This document shows positions 1 through 10,249 of a stretch of DNA of 64,000 nucleotides, piece by piece. The notes beneath the pieces were generated by a model, which worked only from the letters and a program-made list of their open reading frames with translations, did no database searches and had not been told where the DNA came from. Within the stretch, counting starts at the first letter, position 1. Each line of letters starts with the position of its first letter. The translations under genes and the position numbers were made by a program. Origin of the DNA: Candidatus Paraprochloron terpiosi LD05 (lineage in GTDB: Bacteria > Cyanobacteriota > Cyanobacteriia > Cyanobacteriales > Prochloraceae); assembly GCA_018141785.1 (NCBI GenBank), contig CP073341.1, forward strand, positions 879,118 through 943,117, in the 5' to 3' direction.

Positions 1-1
1 A

Positions 2-1045
2 CCGGAAGCGGTAGCTCTGGTGGGAACGGGAGATTATCAGAACATTGTCCAAACCATCCAACGAGTGGAAGCTGGAGAAAGGGTTAAAGAGATTTCTGCC
101 GTACCTACTTATATTGCTGACGAATCCACCCCCCGCTATCGTACCACTAACGAAGCAGTAGCTTACTTGAGGGTAGCTGAGGGCTGCGATTATGGCTGCT
201 CTTTTTGCATTATTCCTAAGCTGAGAGGGAAACAGCGCTCCCGCCCTATTGAGTCTATTGTTGCCGAAGCAGAGCAGCTGGCAGCTCAGGGAGTGGAAGA
301 AATAATTCTCATCTCCCAAATTACTACCAATTACGGTTTGGATTTGTACGGGGAGCCAAAATTAGCAGAATTACTGCTCCAGTTGGGGAAAGTGGATGTG
401 CCTTGGATTCGCATTCACTACGCTTATCCTACTGGATTGACTGACAAAGTTCTAACTGCTATTAGGGAAACCCCTAACATCCTTCCCTATCTGGATTTAC
501 CTCTCCAGCACTCTCACCCGGAAATTCTCAGGAGCATGAATCGTCCGGCGTCGGGGCGGGTTAATGATCAGATTATTGAAAAAATCAAACAAATATTGCC
601 CGGCGCCATTTTGCGCACCACATTTATTGTGGGTTTTCCAGGAGAAACAAACCAACATTTCCAACATCTGTTACAATTTGTAAAGAGGCACGAATTTGAT
701 CATGTAGGAGTCTTTACCTTCTCCTCGGAGGATGAGACAGCTGCATCTAGTCTGCCGAATCCAGTTCCCCAAACTATCATGGATCAACGTCGAGATACCT
801 TGATGGCAGTCCAACAACCAATCGCAGCTCGGAAAAACCAAGCTATGGTGGGAAAAACAGTCCCGGTGCTAATCGAGCAGGGAAATCCCCAAACAGGGGA
901 GGCCATCGGTCGTAGCCATCGCTTTGCCCCTGAGGTAGATGGGTTGGTTTATGTTAAAGGTGGTGCGGAATATTTGGCTTCAATCGTGTCAGTGAAAATT
1001 ACGGCTGCTGACGTTTATGATTTAAAAGGTGAAGTAGTGACGTAA
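2..1045 (+). CDS. rimO: Ribosomal protein S12 methylthiotransferase RimO, 5' end cut by the window edge
   Basis: The frame is open from base 2. It has a radical-SAM CxxxCxxC box ([11 protein letters not shown]), GFPGET, and a C-terminal TRAM-like tail typical of the RimO/MiaB family. Confidence 0.85.
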   Translation, partial: PEAVALVGTGDYQNIVQTIQRVEAGERVKEISAVPTYIADESTPRYRTTNEAVAYLRVAEGCDYGCSFCIIPKLRGKQRSRPIESIVAEAEQLAAQGVEEIILISQITTNYGLDLYGEPKLAELLLQLGKVDVPWIRIHYAYPTGLTDKVLTAIRETPNILPYLDLPLQHSHPEILRSMNRPASGRVNDQIIEKIKQILPGAILRTTFIVGFPGETNQHFQHLLQFVKRHEFDHVGVFTFSSEDETAASSLPNPVPQTIMDQRRDTLMAVQQPIAARKNQAMVGKTVPVLIEQGNPQTGEAIGRSHRFAPEVDGLVYVKGGAEYLASIVSVKITAADVYDLKGEVVT

Positions 1046-1098
1046 TATTAAGTGTAAAAACTGAAGCAAAGACAAAGTAAAGGAAGAAAAAATAACTA

Positions 1099-2487
1099 AT
1101 GACAATTTCCTTCGACAGCTTAGGACTATCCGAAGAGCGAGTTGCACAACTAGAATCTTTAGGTTTTGAGACTCCCACTTCTATTCAAGCCCAGGCAATT
1201 CCCCATATTTTAGAGGGGCGAGATATAGTAGGTCAATCCCAAACGGGAACTGGGAAAACAGCAGCCTATTCTTTACCCATCTTAGAACAGATAGATATCG
1301 AGAATCGTGGGGTACAAGCACTGATTCTGACCCCAACTCGGGAGTTAGCGCAACAAGTTGCTAAGGCAATTAAGGACTTCTCGTGGAATCGCCGACTCTA
1401 CGTTCTCACTGTTTATGGGGGTCAATCTATTGACAGGCAAATTCGCAGCTTGCACCGGGGTGTTCAATTAGTTGTGGGAACTCCAGGACGAATTATTGAT
1501 CTGTTGGACAGGGGCCAGTTAAATTTAGAGCAGTTGCGTTGGGCAGTGTTGGATGAAGCCGATGAAATGTTGAGCATGGGCTTCATCGACGATGTGAAGA
1601 CAATTCTCTCCCAAACACCTAGCGATCGCCAAACTTCTTGTTTCTCCGCCACTATGCCCTGGGCAATTCGGGAGTTGATTGACCAATTTTTATCGGATCC
1701 GGTTACGGTTAAGGTAGCTCAACAAAAAGCAGCACCAGCAAAAATAGAGCAGCATGTCTATATGGTGCCTCGCGGTTGGTCTAAGTTAAAGGTGCTCCAA
1801 CCCATTTTAGAGGGAGAAAATCTGGAGTCGGCAATTATTTTTGTCCGCACTAAGCAAACCGCTGCTGAATTAACTTCTAAGTTACAGGAAGAGGACCAAA
1901 GTGCAGATGAGTATCACGGTAACCTTTCCCAAATACAACGGGAACGACTGGTACACCGCTTTCGGGAAGGGAAAATTCGGTTGGTAGTAGCTACGGATAT
2001 TGCCGCCCGGGGTCTGGATGTGCAAAACTTGAGCCACGTGATTAACTTCGACCTGCCAGATAATGCGGAAACTTACATCCACCGCATCGGTCGCACAGGT
2101 CGCGCTGGGAAGACGGGAAAGGCAATCTCTTTGATTCAACCCATGGATCGCCGCATGCTGCGGCAAATTGAGCGGCGGGTACGGCAAAGTCTCAAGGTCT
2201 GTAAAATTCCTAGTCGCGCCGAAGTGGAAGCCAAACGACTGGCTAAATTGCAAGCACAAATTCAGGAAACTTTGACGGGAGAAAGGATGGCATCATTTCT
2301 TCCCTTGGTAAATAAGTTAGGTGATGAATATGATGCTCATGCCATTGCAGCTGCTGCTTTACAAATGGTTTATGACCAAAATTGCCCCAGCTGGATGAAA
2401 GGTGATTGGGAAGTTCCCGGCTCCACAGTACCTAAACCAATTAAGCGTAAGTTTAATCGCTCCTCTGAGAGAGCACTGATGTACTGA
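1099..2487 (+). CDS. DEAD-box ATP-dependent RNA helicase
   Basis: The motifs appear in canonical order: SQTGTGKT (Walker A), VLDEADEML (DEAD), FSAT, HRIGRTGRAG. Confidence 0.9.
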   Translation: MTISFDSLGLSEERVAQLESLGFETPTSIQAQAIPHILEGRDIVGQSQTGTGKTAAYSLPILEQIDIENRGVQALILTPTRELAQQVAKAIKDFSWNRRLYVLTVYGGQSIDRQIRSLHRGVQLVVGTPGRIIDLLDRGQLNLEQLRWAVLDEADEMLSMGFIDDVKTILSQTPSDRQTSCFSATMPWAIRELIDQFLSDPVTVKVAQQKAAPAKIEQHVYMVPRGWSKLKVLQPILEGENLESAIIFVRTKQTAAELTSKLQEEDQSADEYHGNLSQIQRERLVHRFREGKIRLVVATDIAARGLDVQNLSHVINFDLPDNAETYIHRIGRTGRAGKTGKAISLIQPMDRRMLRQIERRVRQSLKVCKIPSRAEVEAKRLAKLQAQIQETLTGERMASFLPLVNKLGDEYDAHAIAAAALQMVYDQNCPSWMKGDWEVPGSTVPKPIKRKFNRSSERALMY

Positions 2488-2498
2488 AATAATTGTAG

Positions 2499-2517
2499 GG
2501 GCGGGGTTTTCCCGCCC
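2499..2517 (+). terminator. GC-rich hairpin after the helicase stop (possible terminator)
   Basis: GGGCGGG-gtttt-CCCGCCC lies 12 nt after the stop codon. No clear U-tract follows. Confidence 0.35.
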
Positions 2518-2580
2518 TAGTTGCATTAAACAATGGCAATTACCATAACTAATACAATAAAATAACTTTTATCAATAGAA

Positions 2581-3669
2581 GTGGTTGCAATCTTAACCCC
2601 AAACTTAACCCATAACTACTGGCCTGGTTTAATCGAGGCTTATCGCTCCTTTCTCCCCGTAAGTAGTTCTACCCCAGTGGTGACTCTGCTGGAAGGGAAT
2701 ACTCCTCTCATACCTGTTTCGGCCATCGCAAGTCAAGTGGGTCGGGGAGTTAAGGTGTACGTTAAATTCGACAGTCTCAACCCCACTGGCAGTTTTAAGG
2801 ACAGGGGTATGACTCTGGCGATTTCTAAGGCGAAGGAAGAGGGGGCTGAGGCGGTAATTTGTGCTAGTACGGGGAATACTTCAGCTTCGGCAGCAGCTTA
2901 CGCCAGCCGTGCAGGAATGCAGGCTTTTGTTATTATTCCCGAAGGCTATGTAGCTCTAGGTAAATTAGCTCAGGCTTTGCTTTATGGAGCACAGGTGATT
3001 GCTATTAAGGGTAATTTTGACACTGCTTTACAAATTGTCCGGGATATATCTGCTAATTATCCAGTAACTTTGGTAAATTCCTTAAACCCCTATCGTTTAG
3101 AAGGGCAAAAAACTGGCGCTTTTGAGGTTGTGGATAGTTTGAGGAGTGCACCGGATTGGTTGTGCATTCCTGTGGGCAATGCGGGGAATATTTCTGCCTA
3201 TTGGATGGGATTTTGTCAATACCGAGAGGCAGGGAAGTGCCGTCGCCTCCCCCAAATGATGGGTTTTCAAGCTGCAGGAGCTGCCCCTTTGGTACAGGGA
3301 AAACCTGTTGCTGCACCAGAAACTATTGCTACGGCAATCCGCATTGGTAACCCGGCGAGTTGGGATAAGGCGATCGCAGCAGCTAATGCTAGTAAAGGGG
3401 AATTTAATTCGGTTACGGACGAAGATATTTTAGCAGCTTATCGCTTATTGGCGTCTCAGGAAGGGATTTTCTGCGAACCTGCTAGTGCTATTTCTGTTGC
3501 GGGTTTGTTACAATTGAAGGAGAGGGTTCCCTCTGGTGCTACGGTGGTGTGTGTGGTTACTGGGAATGGACTGAAAGACCCTGATTGTGCTATTAACCAT
3601 AGTAAGAATGGGGTTAAGTCTTCGGTTGCTCCAGATTTGGAGGCGATGGCTAAGGTTATGGGATTTTGA
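2581..3669 (+). CDS. thrC: Threonine synthase
   Basis: It has the PLP-lysine motif [24 protein letters not shown] and a length typical of ThrC. The start is GTG. Confidence 0.9.
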   Translation: MVAILTPNLTHNYWPGLIEAYRSFLPVSSSTPVVTLLEGNTPLIPVSAIASQVGRGVKVYVKFDSLNPTGSFKDRGMTLAISKAKEEGAEAVICASTGNTSASAAAYASRAGMQAFVIIPEGYVALGKLAQALLYGAQVIAIKGNFDTALQIVRDISANYPVTLVNSLNPYRLEGQKTGAFEVVDSLRSAPDWLCIPVGNAGNISAYWMGFCQYREAGKCRRLPQMMGFQAAGAAPLVQGKPVAAPETIATAIRIGNPASWDKAIAAANASKGEFNSVTDEDILAAYRLLASQEGIFCEPASAISVAGLLQLKERVPSGATVVCVVTGNGLKDPDCAINHSKNGVKSSVAPDLEAMAKVMGF

Positions 3670-3679
3670 TTGTGTTTCA

Positions 3680-3703
3680 CGCAGAGGCGCAGAGACGCAG
3701 AGG
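3680..3703 (+). repeat. CGCAGAG-type short tandem repeat element
   Basis: The sequence is cgcagaggcgcagagacgcagagg. A degenerate second copy (caaaggcgcaaagag, about 3775-3790) follows a duplicated ttgattgtgtttc leader. Confidence 0.8.
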
Positions 3704-3806
3704 GAGGTTTTCATTTTATGATACTATTGTGGTAGACTGGATTTGTGGCAATTTTTTGATTGTGTTTCGCCCACACAAAGGCGCAAAGAGAAGAGGAGGA
3801 GAAAAA

Positions 3807-4334
3807 ATGGTGTTTAGAGCAGGGGATAGGTTGACAAATCGTCCCTATGAAATTAAAAAGGAAATAGGGATGGATTATACTAGGTTGCGGGATTTATTAG
3901 CAGCGGGGAAGTGGAAAAAGGCGAACTGGGAAACAGGTCAGGTCATATTACGTGCTGCTAACCGAGAGGAAGAAGGTTGGTTGAGATATGAAGACATAGA
4001 AAAGTTTCCCAAAACCGACTTTCGCACTATGGACGATTTGTGGGTGGAATATTCCTCTGGGTGCTTCGGTTTTAGCGTTCAGAAGCGTATCTGGGAAAGA
4101 TTGGGTGGAACCTAGGAGTGGGATTATGGAATAGCGAAAAAGTTGGGCGTAGATATTGGGTGGAGACGAGAAGAGTCATGGATAGACTACAAAGATTTCG
4201 TGTTCGATATTAATGCACCACATGGACACCTACCAAGCGTATGTATATTTTTTCATAATAGTAATAATTTTACTAACTATAGTCAATTAGTATGGAAATG
4301 CTATTTTAAGTTATTAATTAAGGATATCGCTTAG
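3807..4334 (+). pseudogene. GUN4-domain protein interrupted by an in-frame TAG
   Basis: The GUN4-like signature (GWLRYEDIEKFP..DDLWVEYSSGCFGFSVQKRIW ... GWRREESWIDYKDFVFDINAPHGHLP) is split by TAG at 4113-4115. ORFs 3666-4115 and 4143-4334 are in the same frame. Confidence 0.55.
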
Positions 4335-4436
4335 TTAACCACAGAGGAACTTAACCGTTTATTAGAAACCGTTTATTTGCAGCGTTCGCCCCCCAACGCT
4401 CGTCGTCTCTTGGAAGCACTAGAGCAGTCTCAATAG
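4335..4436 (+). pseudogene. Phd/YefM-type antitoxin C-terminal fragment
   Basis: It translates to LTTEELNRLLETVYLQRSPPNARRLLEALEQSQ*, matching the YefM tail pattern (ET.YLL.SP.NA.RLL.S). No N-terminal part or start codon is present. Confidence 0.45.
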
Positions 4437-4497
4437 TGGGATAAGGAAGAACCACCTTCCCCTCATACTTTAGAAGAACTGTCCTCGGAGTTGGGTA

Positions 4498-4737
4498 TTG
4501 AAAGATAAGAGAAAAAAAACAAAACCCAATCTTTCCAGGTTACCAAAATTAGAGATACCTTCTCGATATCCTCTTTTCACCAACCGTTTTCGGGAAGATT
4601 GTCGTTGGTGGCACAGAACCGACAAACAAAAAGCCGATAAAGTATTCGATCTCGTCACAGCAGTCATGAAAGACCCCTTCCACAGTGTCGGATACTTTCC
4701 TACTAACTGCTTGTTACAAGGAACGGTAATATGGTAG
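4498..4737 (+). pseudogene. YoeB/Txe-type toxin remnant
   Basis: FREDCRWWHRTDKQKADKVFDLVTAVMKDPFHSVG resembles the YoeB N-terminal half (W.DY.YW...DKK...KI..LI.D..R.PF.G.G). The catalytic C-terminal half is replaced by unrelated sequence. Confidence 0.45.
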
Positions 4738-4804
4738 CAATAATTAGATTGAAAAAAAGAGGTTTACGAGACGTGGGTTTATGCTATAGTAGATTTTTTT
4801 GATT

Positions 4805-4832
4805 AAACCACAGAAGCGCAGAGGTGCAGAGA
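4805..4832 (+). repeat. CGCAGAG-type repeat element abutting a start codon
   Basis: The sequence aaaccacagaagcgcagaggtgcagaga is followed directly by ATG at 4833. Confidence 0.7.
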
Positions 4833-6299
4833 ATGAGAACTACTGAACTAGCTACTCTAGCAACTGATATAATGAGCAAAAGTAGCTGCGAATATGGAGA
4901 TATCAGGTTATGCAACTATCGTACTCAAAACCTGACGGCACGGGATCGCTCCCTAGCTAACCTTTCTGACAACGTCAGTTCCGGTTTCGGGGTGCGAGTA
5001 CTGAAAGACGGGGCTTGGGGTTTTGCAGCTAGTTACAGCTTGACAACAGCTGAGGTAAAGAGAATAGTTGCTTTAGCTATAGAAACCGCCAAAGGTAGTG
5101 GTCTCTCTAACCAAGAACCTGTACGGTTAGTTCCTGTCCCAGCCTATCAAGATAAGTATACCACACCCATAAAAATTAACCCTTTTGAAGTCTCTATAGA
5201 AGAGAAAGCCGAGTTGCTCCTACATATTAACGAGAAGTTGTTGGCTTTTGGGGAACGGGGGATTAAAAAAGCTTATTCCTTCCTGCGGTTAGGGAAGGAA
5301 GACAAGACTTTTGCTTCTACAGAAGGTTCCCTCATAGAACAGATAATATACCGCAGTTATCCCGGGTTTGGTTGCACAGCTTTGGGAAACGGAGACGCTC
5401 AAAGTCGCAGTTACGATCGTCCTCCTTTAAACTTAGGTTACGAACATATTGATAAGTCCGATTTATTAGCTAATGTAAATAGGGTAGCCGAAGAAGCCAT
5501 CGAAAAAGTCCGAGCACCAGACGGTCCTAGTAATATACACAGTAATATTATTCTCCAACCCACGAACCTATGGCTCACGATCCACGAGTCCGTAGGACAC
5601 CCCACAGAACTAGACCGGGTTTACGGTTATGAAGCCAACTTTGCTGGAACTAGCTTTGCCACAACAGAGAAATTGGGTAAATTGCAATATGGAGCACCCT
5701 GGATTAATTTGGTAGCCGATCGCACTCAACCAGGGGGACGAGGAACCACAGGTTATGATGATGAAGGAGTGAAAGCACAACGGTGGTATGTGGTGAAAGA
5801 GGGGATATTAGTAGATTATCTCACTGATAGAGAGACTGCCTATCGTTTAGGTAGAGGAAGTAGCAACGGTAGTGCTTATGCTGATAATTGGGCAAGTCCA
5901 CCTATGGTGCGCATTCCTAATTTGGGGTTAGAACCAGGAGTTCCAGGAGGGAGTCATACTGCGACTTTAGAGGAGATGATTGCGGATACAGAAGAGGGGA
6001 TTTTAATCGACGGTATGGGGAGCTTTTCTATCGACCAACAGCGACGCAACTTCCAGTTTGGCGGGGATGCTTTTTGGCAGGTTAAAAAGGGTAAAGTGGT
6101 GGGGATGTTGAAGAATGTTACTTATCATAGCAATACTGTTGATTTTTGGAACAGTGTCGATGCCATCGGCCCTAGGACAGAGTTGCAACAGTGTGGTACT
6201 AATATGTGTGGTAAAGGGGAACCTATGCAACTAGCCCAAATGACCCATGGTTGTGTACCTGTGCGGGTGAGGGATATTAAAATTGGTCTATTTTCATAA
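4824..6299 (+). CDS. TldD/PmbA family metallopeptidase
   Basis: It has the HESVGHPTELDR metal-binding motif and GGD..F family tail. The GTG at 4824 lies inside a repeat, so ATG at 4833 is the more likely start. Confidence 0.85.
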   Translation: MQRMRTTELATLATDIMSKSSCEYGDIRLCNYRTQNLTARDRSLANLSDNVSSGFGVRVLKDGAWGFAASYSLTTAEVKRIVALAIETAKGSGLSNQEPVRLVPVPAYQDKYTTPIKINPFEVSIEEKAELLLHINEKLLAFGERGIKKAYSFLRLGKEDKTFASTEGSLIEQIIYRSYPGFGCTALGNGDAQSRSYDRPPLNLGYEHIDKSDLLANVNRVAEEAIEKVRAPDGPSNIHSNIILQPTNLWLTIHESVGHPTELDRVYGYEANFAGTSFATTEKLGKLQYGAPWINLVADRTQPGGRGTTGYDDEGVKAQRWYVVKEGILVDYLTDRETAYRLGRGSSNGSAYADNWASPPMVRIPNLGLEPGVPGGSHTATLEEMIADTEEGILIDGMGSFSIDQQRRNFQFGGDAFWQVKKGKVVGMLKNVTYHSNTVDFWNSVDAIGPRTELQQCGTNMCGKGEPMQLAQMTHGCVPVRVRDIKIGLFS

Positions 6300-6366
6300 C
6301 ATAACATAAGTTTTTATACTAGAATTTATTAAGTGCCACTACAGAAACCAACACCCTAAATATTAC

Positions 6367-7227
6367 TTAAAAAGAGTAAACTTTACCATCCATTAGCAGT
6401 CGTGTAATACCCTTACCTTGGAGATGAGAAGAAGTTTTCGCAAACATTCCACCATCGGTGATTTTAATTACCCGTTGGGAACGATTGGAAAAACGTCGGG
6501 CTACCTTGTGGTTCTCAAAAATAGGCAGGGTTTTCTGCTGCACTTCTTGTGGAGGTATTTTTCCCAGATCGCCAAATTCTTTTAGGGGTCGGACGATTAA
6601 CTCTGCCCTGCGGTCAATGACCACATAGCAAATATTGGGAAAAGTTGCTTTTGCTAAGGGCAAAACTTGAAAATCAGAGTTACTAAGTTGGGGGAGGGGT
6701 TCTTCTTCCCAGTCTTCCTCGTCGCTATCTTCTAAATCCTCTTCATCTTCGTTCAAATCTCCCAAATCTTCCCCAAGTAGCTCCTGGAGTGCCGCCACAT
6801 CTACCATAGGTCCATGCTCATCCTCTTTGGTATCTTCGTTCTTTCCAGAAAACAAATTGAGCTGCTTTGCCGCAGTAACTGTATTGACTGGTTGTGGTTT
6901 GGCCTTCTCTTGTAGGATTGGAGTTTCAGTTTTCTTTTTCTGGGAACGAGAGCGACGCCGGGGAGCGGCTGGCAATTTACTCTTCTCAGTTGGCTTATCT
7001 GATTCGTCGGAATCCAGGGATGATTCACTGCGGTTGACTGCGCGATTCATCCGCTTTTGCTGAATTAATTCATCGTACTCCAAATCAGACAAGTTAGTCT
7101 TGAGAAAACGGCTAATAGTAGAGCTACTGACCTGATAAAGTTTTGCTAGAGTGGAGGTTGTTTCTCCTGAGCTGCGATAGAGCTGTATAATCCTTTCTTT
7201 GTCTTCATCAGATAATTTTCTTGGCAT
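6367..7227 (-). CDS. Hypothetical protein with an N-terminal helix-turn-helix and an acidic central tract
   Basis: The N-terminus DKERIIQLYRSSGETTSTLAKLYQVSSSTISRFLK looks like an HTH. This is followed by a basic region and then a D/E-rich linker. Confidence 0.6.
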   Translation of the reverse strand: MPRKLSDEDKERIIQLYRSSGETTSTLAKLYQVSSSTISRFLKTNLSDLEYDELIQQKRMNRAVNRSESSLDSDESDKPTEKSKLPAAPRRRSRSQKKKTETPILQEKAKPQPVNTVTAAKQLNLFSGKNEDTKEDEHGPMVDVAALQELLGEDLGDLNEDEEDLEDSDEEDWEEEPLPQLSNSDFQVLPLAKATFPNICYVVIDRRAELIVRPLKEFGDLGKIPPQEVQQKTLPIFENHKVARRFSNRSQRVIKITDGGMFAKTSSHLQGKGITRLLMDGKVYSF

Positions 7228-7761
7228 GGCTTAATCAATAACCCCCAACTCAGCCCAATCTTAGTTACAAGAACAGCTTCTTCTATTATATAGGATTTTT
7301 GTCATTTTGACACGACCATGGATTCTTAGTTCAATTAGTCAACTTAAAACTTGATACCTCGTGGTTTCGAGCTCAGAGGTAGTTCTCTCCCTAAGCGTTA
7401 CTTTCCCCGGGGCACGGGGTAGTTGGATCACCCCAAAATTTGCAGTTAAAAAGCTGTCGTATCTAGCTCCTAAGCTGCGGTCACTTCGTGAGCGCTTTGC
7501 GGCACGCCGCCGGTTCTATAACCCAGGATAATTTTTCCAGAGCGCGGCTCTCAACTGCGAAATAACCTGGAATATTGGGTTTCATGGCTCATACTTGCCA
7601 ATGCCAGGCCCCAACTGCAACATCAATTCCACCGCTCTAATGAGTCAAAAATGGTATCCTGTGCTCTTTTGATGGGATGAGTGCGTTCTTCAGCCGTCAG
7701 GGAGGTGGTCCGGCTGTTTGTGGGGTAAACGGTGAGTAAAAACCAGCATTAAGGGAGGAGT

Positions 7762-8220
7762 TTAAGGCTTTTGTTGTTGTCTTTGCAGTTGGAGCATTGC
7801 ATCTTGAATCCGCTTAATTAAATTGGGATCGGCTTCCAAGTTACTCATAATAGCGTTGAAACGATCCACAGTCAGACCGCTATTTTCCACAATTTCTTTG
7901 CAGATTCTACAGTAGTCCGCAGCAATAGTGCGAGCTTCTTCGGGAAGGTTATTTAAGCTGTTGAGGTCATTGCAAGGAATATTTGGTGGCGGTGCCCCTA
8001 TAATTTGCTTAATGTCATCATAAGCTTTTTGGCGAGAAGGTTCCATTTGGAGCACTGCGTCGGCAAAGTTGGTGATATCTTCATTGCTGATATTTTGCCC
8101 CTGAGCAGCAGCATTTCCCGATACCATAACCATAGTAGTAAGAAGACTCATAATGAGTACAGGACGGGTGGTTTTCCTCAAGTAGTAGTGAAAGGTGAAC
8201 ATAATTCGTCTTGATGGCAA
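7762..8220 (-). CDS. Secreted DUF4168-like protein
   Basis: A signal-like segment (MSLLTTMVMVSGNAAAQ) is followed by I..EDITNFADAVLQMEP, a pattern resembling DUF4168. The true start is probably internal (M at 8151 or 8202). Confidence 0.55.
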   Translation of the reverse strand: MPSRRIMFTFHYYLRKTTRPVLIMSLLTTMVMVSGNAAAQGQNISNEDITNFADAVLQMEPSRQKAYDDIKQIIGAPPPNIPCNDLNSLNNLPEEARTIAADYCRICKEIVENSGLTVDRFNAIMSNLEADPNLIKRIQDAMLQLQRQQQKP

Positions 8221-8323
8221 ACTAACTCCATCCCCGGCAAAAGTGTTAAAGGAAAAGGGTCTTTTCCAATATTTGACTTATTTGGGCCGAGGAGGCTCTA
8301 GTTTATGAGAATGATATTAGACA

Positions 8324-9361
8324 TTACTTGTTCCAGCTGTTTTGTGGATCAAAGAGCTGACAAAGGCGGATAATGTGAGGAAAGAGGGTTTCTTGGGTTT
8401 GGGCACCTCCCTTGAGGCTAAATTCTAATTCAAGTAGGATTGGGAGAGCCTCCAGAAGCTGTGAAGAGGAGAGGGATTGGAGGGACTTACGCAGGTAGTA
8501 AATGCGGTTAGGATTGCCTATTTCTGCTGCTGTGGCGATGGCTTTGTTGTCTCGCTCTCCTTCTTCCATCATCAATTTGACGATCCCCCAGGTGCGAAAC
8601 TGTCCCACCAGGGTGGCCACAATCTTTAAAGCAGGTTCGTTGCGGTTAATCAGATCTGCTGCTAACCCTAAAGCTGTTGAGCGATTTCCTGCTAAAATTG
8701 CTGTAGCTAATTTAATACTATTGGCACTCTGGGCAGACACCAAGACGCTAATAGCTTTTTCATCCAAAGGTTGGTTGCTATTTGCTCCGTAAAGGCTTAA
8801 TTTGGTAAGTTCGTTCCACAACTGTCGGGTATCGTTACCTACTGCTTCGGCCAGGAGTTTTGTGGCACCTGGGGTAAGGGAAACTTGTAATTCTTGGGCA
8901 ACTTCCGACACTCTTGCTAACAGCAGGTCTTCTTTCCAAGGAGGAATCAAGGCAAATTCCTGCATTTGAGCCAAGTCTTGCAGCAGTTTGGTCGATTTGA
9001 GCCGTTTGTCCGGTTTTTTCCTGCTAGTGAAGAGGAGGTGAGTAGTAGCAGGAAGCTTGGGTAGGGTACGCTCTAATACTGAGAATAAGTCCTGCCCACA
9101 ATGCTGGCAGATGGAGCTATCTACTACTTCTACCAACCTTGCACCAACGCCAAAAACAGGAGTCATAGCCAGATCCAGTGCTCCCATAGTAGCATCTGCT
9201 TTCTCCCCAGACAGGCGATAGTAGTTAAACTGAAACCAGTCTGGATCCAAAATTGATTTTTGTAATTCCTTCACAGCCCGCTCTCGGGCAAAATCGTCTT
9301 CTCCCCAGTAAAAATAAATTGGCATTAAAGTAGTAGATGATAGTAATGATATAATGTCCAA
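8324..9361 (-). CDS. holA: DNA polymerase III delta subunit
   Basis: The N-terminus PIYFYWGEDDFARERAVKEL, the length and the helical C-terminal domain are typical of HolA. Confidence 0.75.
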   Translation of the reverse strand: MDIISLLSSTTLMPIYFYWGEDDFARERAVKELQKSILDPDWFQFNYYRLSGEKADATMGALDLAMTPVFGVGARLVEVVDSSICQHCGQDLFSVLERTLPKLPATTHLLFTSRKKPDKRLKSTKLLQDLAQMQEFALIPPWKEDLLLARVSEVAQELQVSLTPGATKLLAEAVGNDTRQLWNELTKLSLYGANSNQPLDEKAISVLVSAQSANSIKLATAILAGNRSTALGLAADLINRNEPALKIVATLVGQFRTWGIVKLMMEEGERDNKAIATAAEIGNPNRIYYLRKSLQSLSSSQLLEALPILLELEFSLKGGAQTQETLFPHIIRLCQLFDPQNSWNK

Positions 9362-9395
9362 TGACTCTAGTTTAACACCAGGGGGAGGATAGCTT

Positions 9396-10172
9396 GTGGA
9401 CGAAACCTATCAAACTTATATCAATCGGGTAGCACCAATGACGCTACCCACACACCATCAAACTCAACTGCAAAATATCCAACAGTCTGCCAAATTTGCT
9501 TCAGGGAAGCCAGTGTCTTTTCCTGGATATAGCGTCATCACTCCTCCCTGGTGCGACGATCCGGACAACCATGACGTCTACCAGCGCCTTCAGGAGTATC
9601 AAGAGCAGTTGTTAGATCAACTGGAACCGGATTTAGTTATAACGGTACCACCATCCAGTTTTCATTTGACTCTAGCGGATTTAATTTGGGATCGCGCCTA
9701 CAAGGATGCCCTCGCCCAAAATCCTCAATTTGATTCCCAGTTGCGAGAACGGATCAGCGAGAGTTTTGCCCAATATCGCCAGAGCACAACAGGTAAGACG
9801 TCACCGGTTCAGTTACAATTGCTAGGACTTTCCCTTTTTCCTCGGGCGATCGCCGTTTGTTTGGTTCCCCAAGAGGAAGAGGGTTACGAGGTAATTTTGC
9901 AATTGCGGCGCTCTATCTATCAGAATGAAGGTATTGTTGCCCTGGGAATCGAACAGCAATATCATTTTACTGCTCACATTACTTTGGCCTATTTTGGACC
10001 CATTGGCCCCCAGTTAGATCGGGAGGAAGTGGTAACTACCCTAGAAAAAATCAACCAGAGCTGGTTGGATCACCCAACTCCACCCATAACAATCCAGCGG
10101 GCAGAATTGCGTTACTTTGAGGATATGATGGACTATAAGCGGGAATTAGATTGGCCGACGGTAGAAATTTGA
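9396..10172 (+). CDS. 2H-phosphoesterase-like protein (DUF1868-like)
   Basis: It has two H-x-T-x motifs (FHLTLADL and AHITLAYF) spaced as in the 2H phosphoesterase superfamily. Confidence 0.6.
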   Translation: MDETYQTYINRVAPMTLPTHHQTQLQNIQQSAKFASGKPVSFPGYSVITPPWCDDPDNHDVYQRLQEYQEQLLDQLEPDLVITVPPSSFHLTLADLIWDRAYKDALAQNPQFDSQLRERISESFAQYRQSTTGKTSPVQLQLLGLSLFPRAIAVCLVPQEEEGYEVILQLRRSIYQNEGIVALGIEQQYHFTAHITLAYFGPIGPQLDREEVVTTLEKINQSWLDHPTPPITIQRAELRYFEDMMDYKRELDWPTVEI

Positions 10173-10173
10173 A

Positions 10174-10249
10174 CCGCAGATAATTGCGAAGCTTTGCGTA
10201 AGCAACCGCGAAGCGTCCCGCCCTTGGCGTCCGCGAATTAACGCAGATG
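10174..10249 (+). repeat. CGCAGAT-type repeat element with an internal insertion
   Basis: It starts aaccgcagataa and ends ttaacgcagATG. The cobH ATG at 10247 lies inside the last unit. Confidence 0.6.

Noticed and set aside
7228-7761. I tested the idea that the long spacer encodes tmRNA or RNase P RNA. A GGTTTCGA string and an in-frame …VTAA* reading on the minus strand looked suggestive.
   Set aside because: It has no tRNA-like acceptor/T-arm ending in CCA, no ANN…-type tag with proper resume context, and none of the RNase P conserved blocks (GAGGAAAGTCCGGGC, ACAGAACCCGGCTTA). It is kept only as an unclassified structured spacer.
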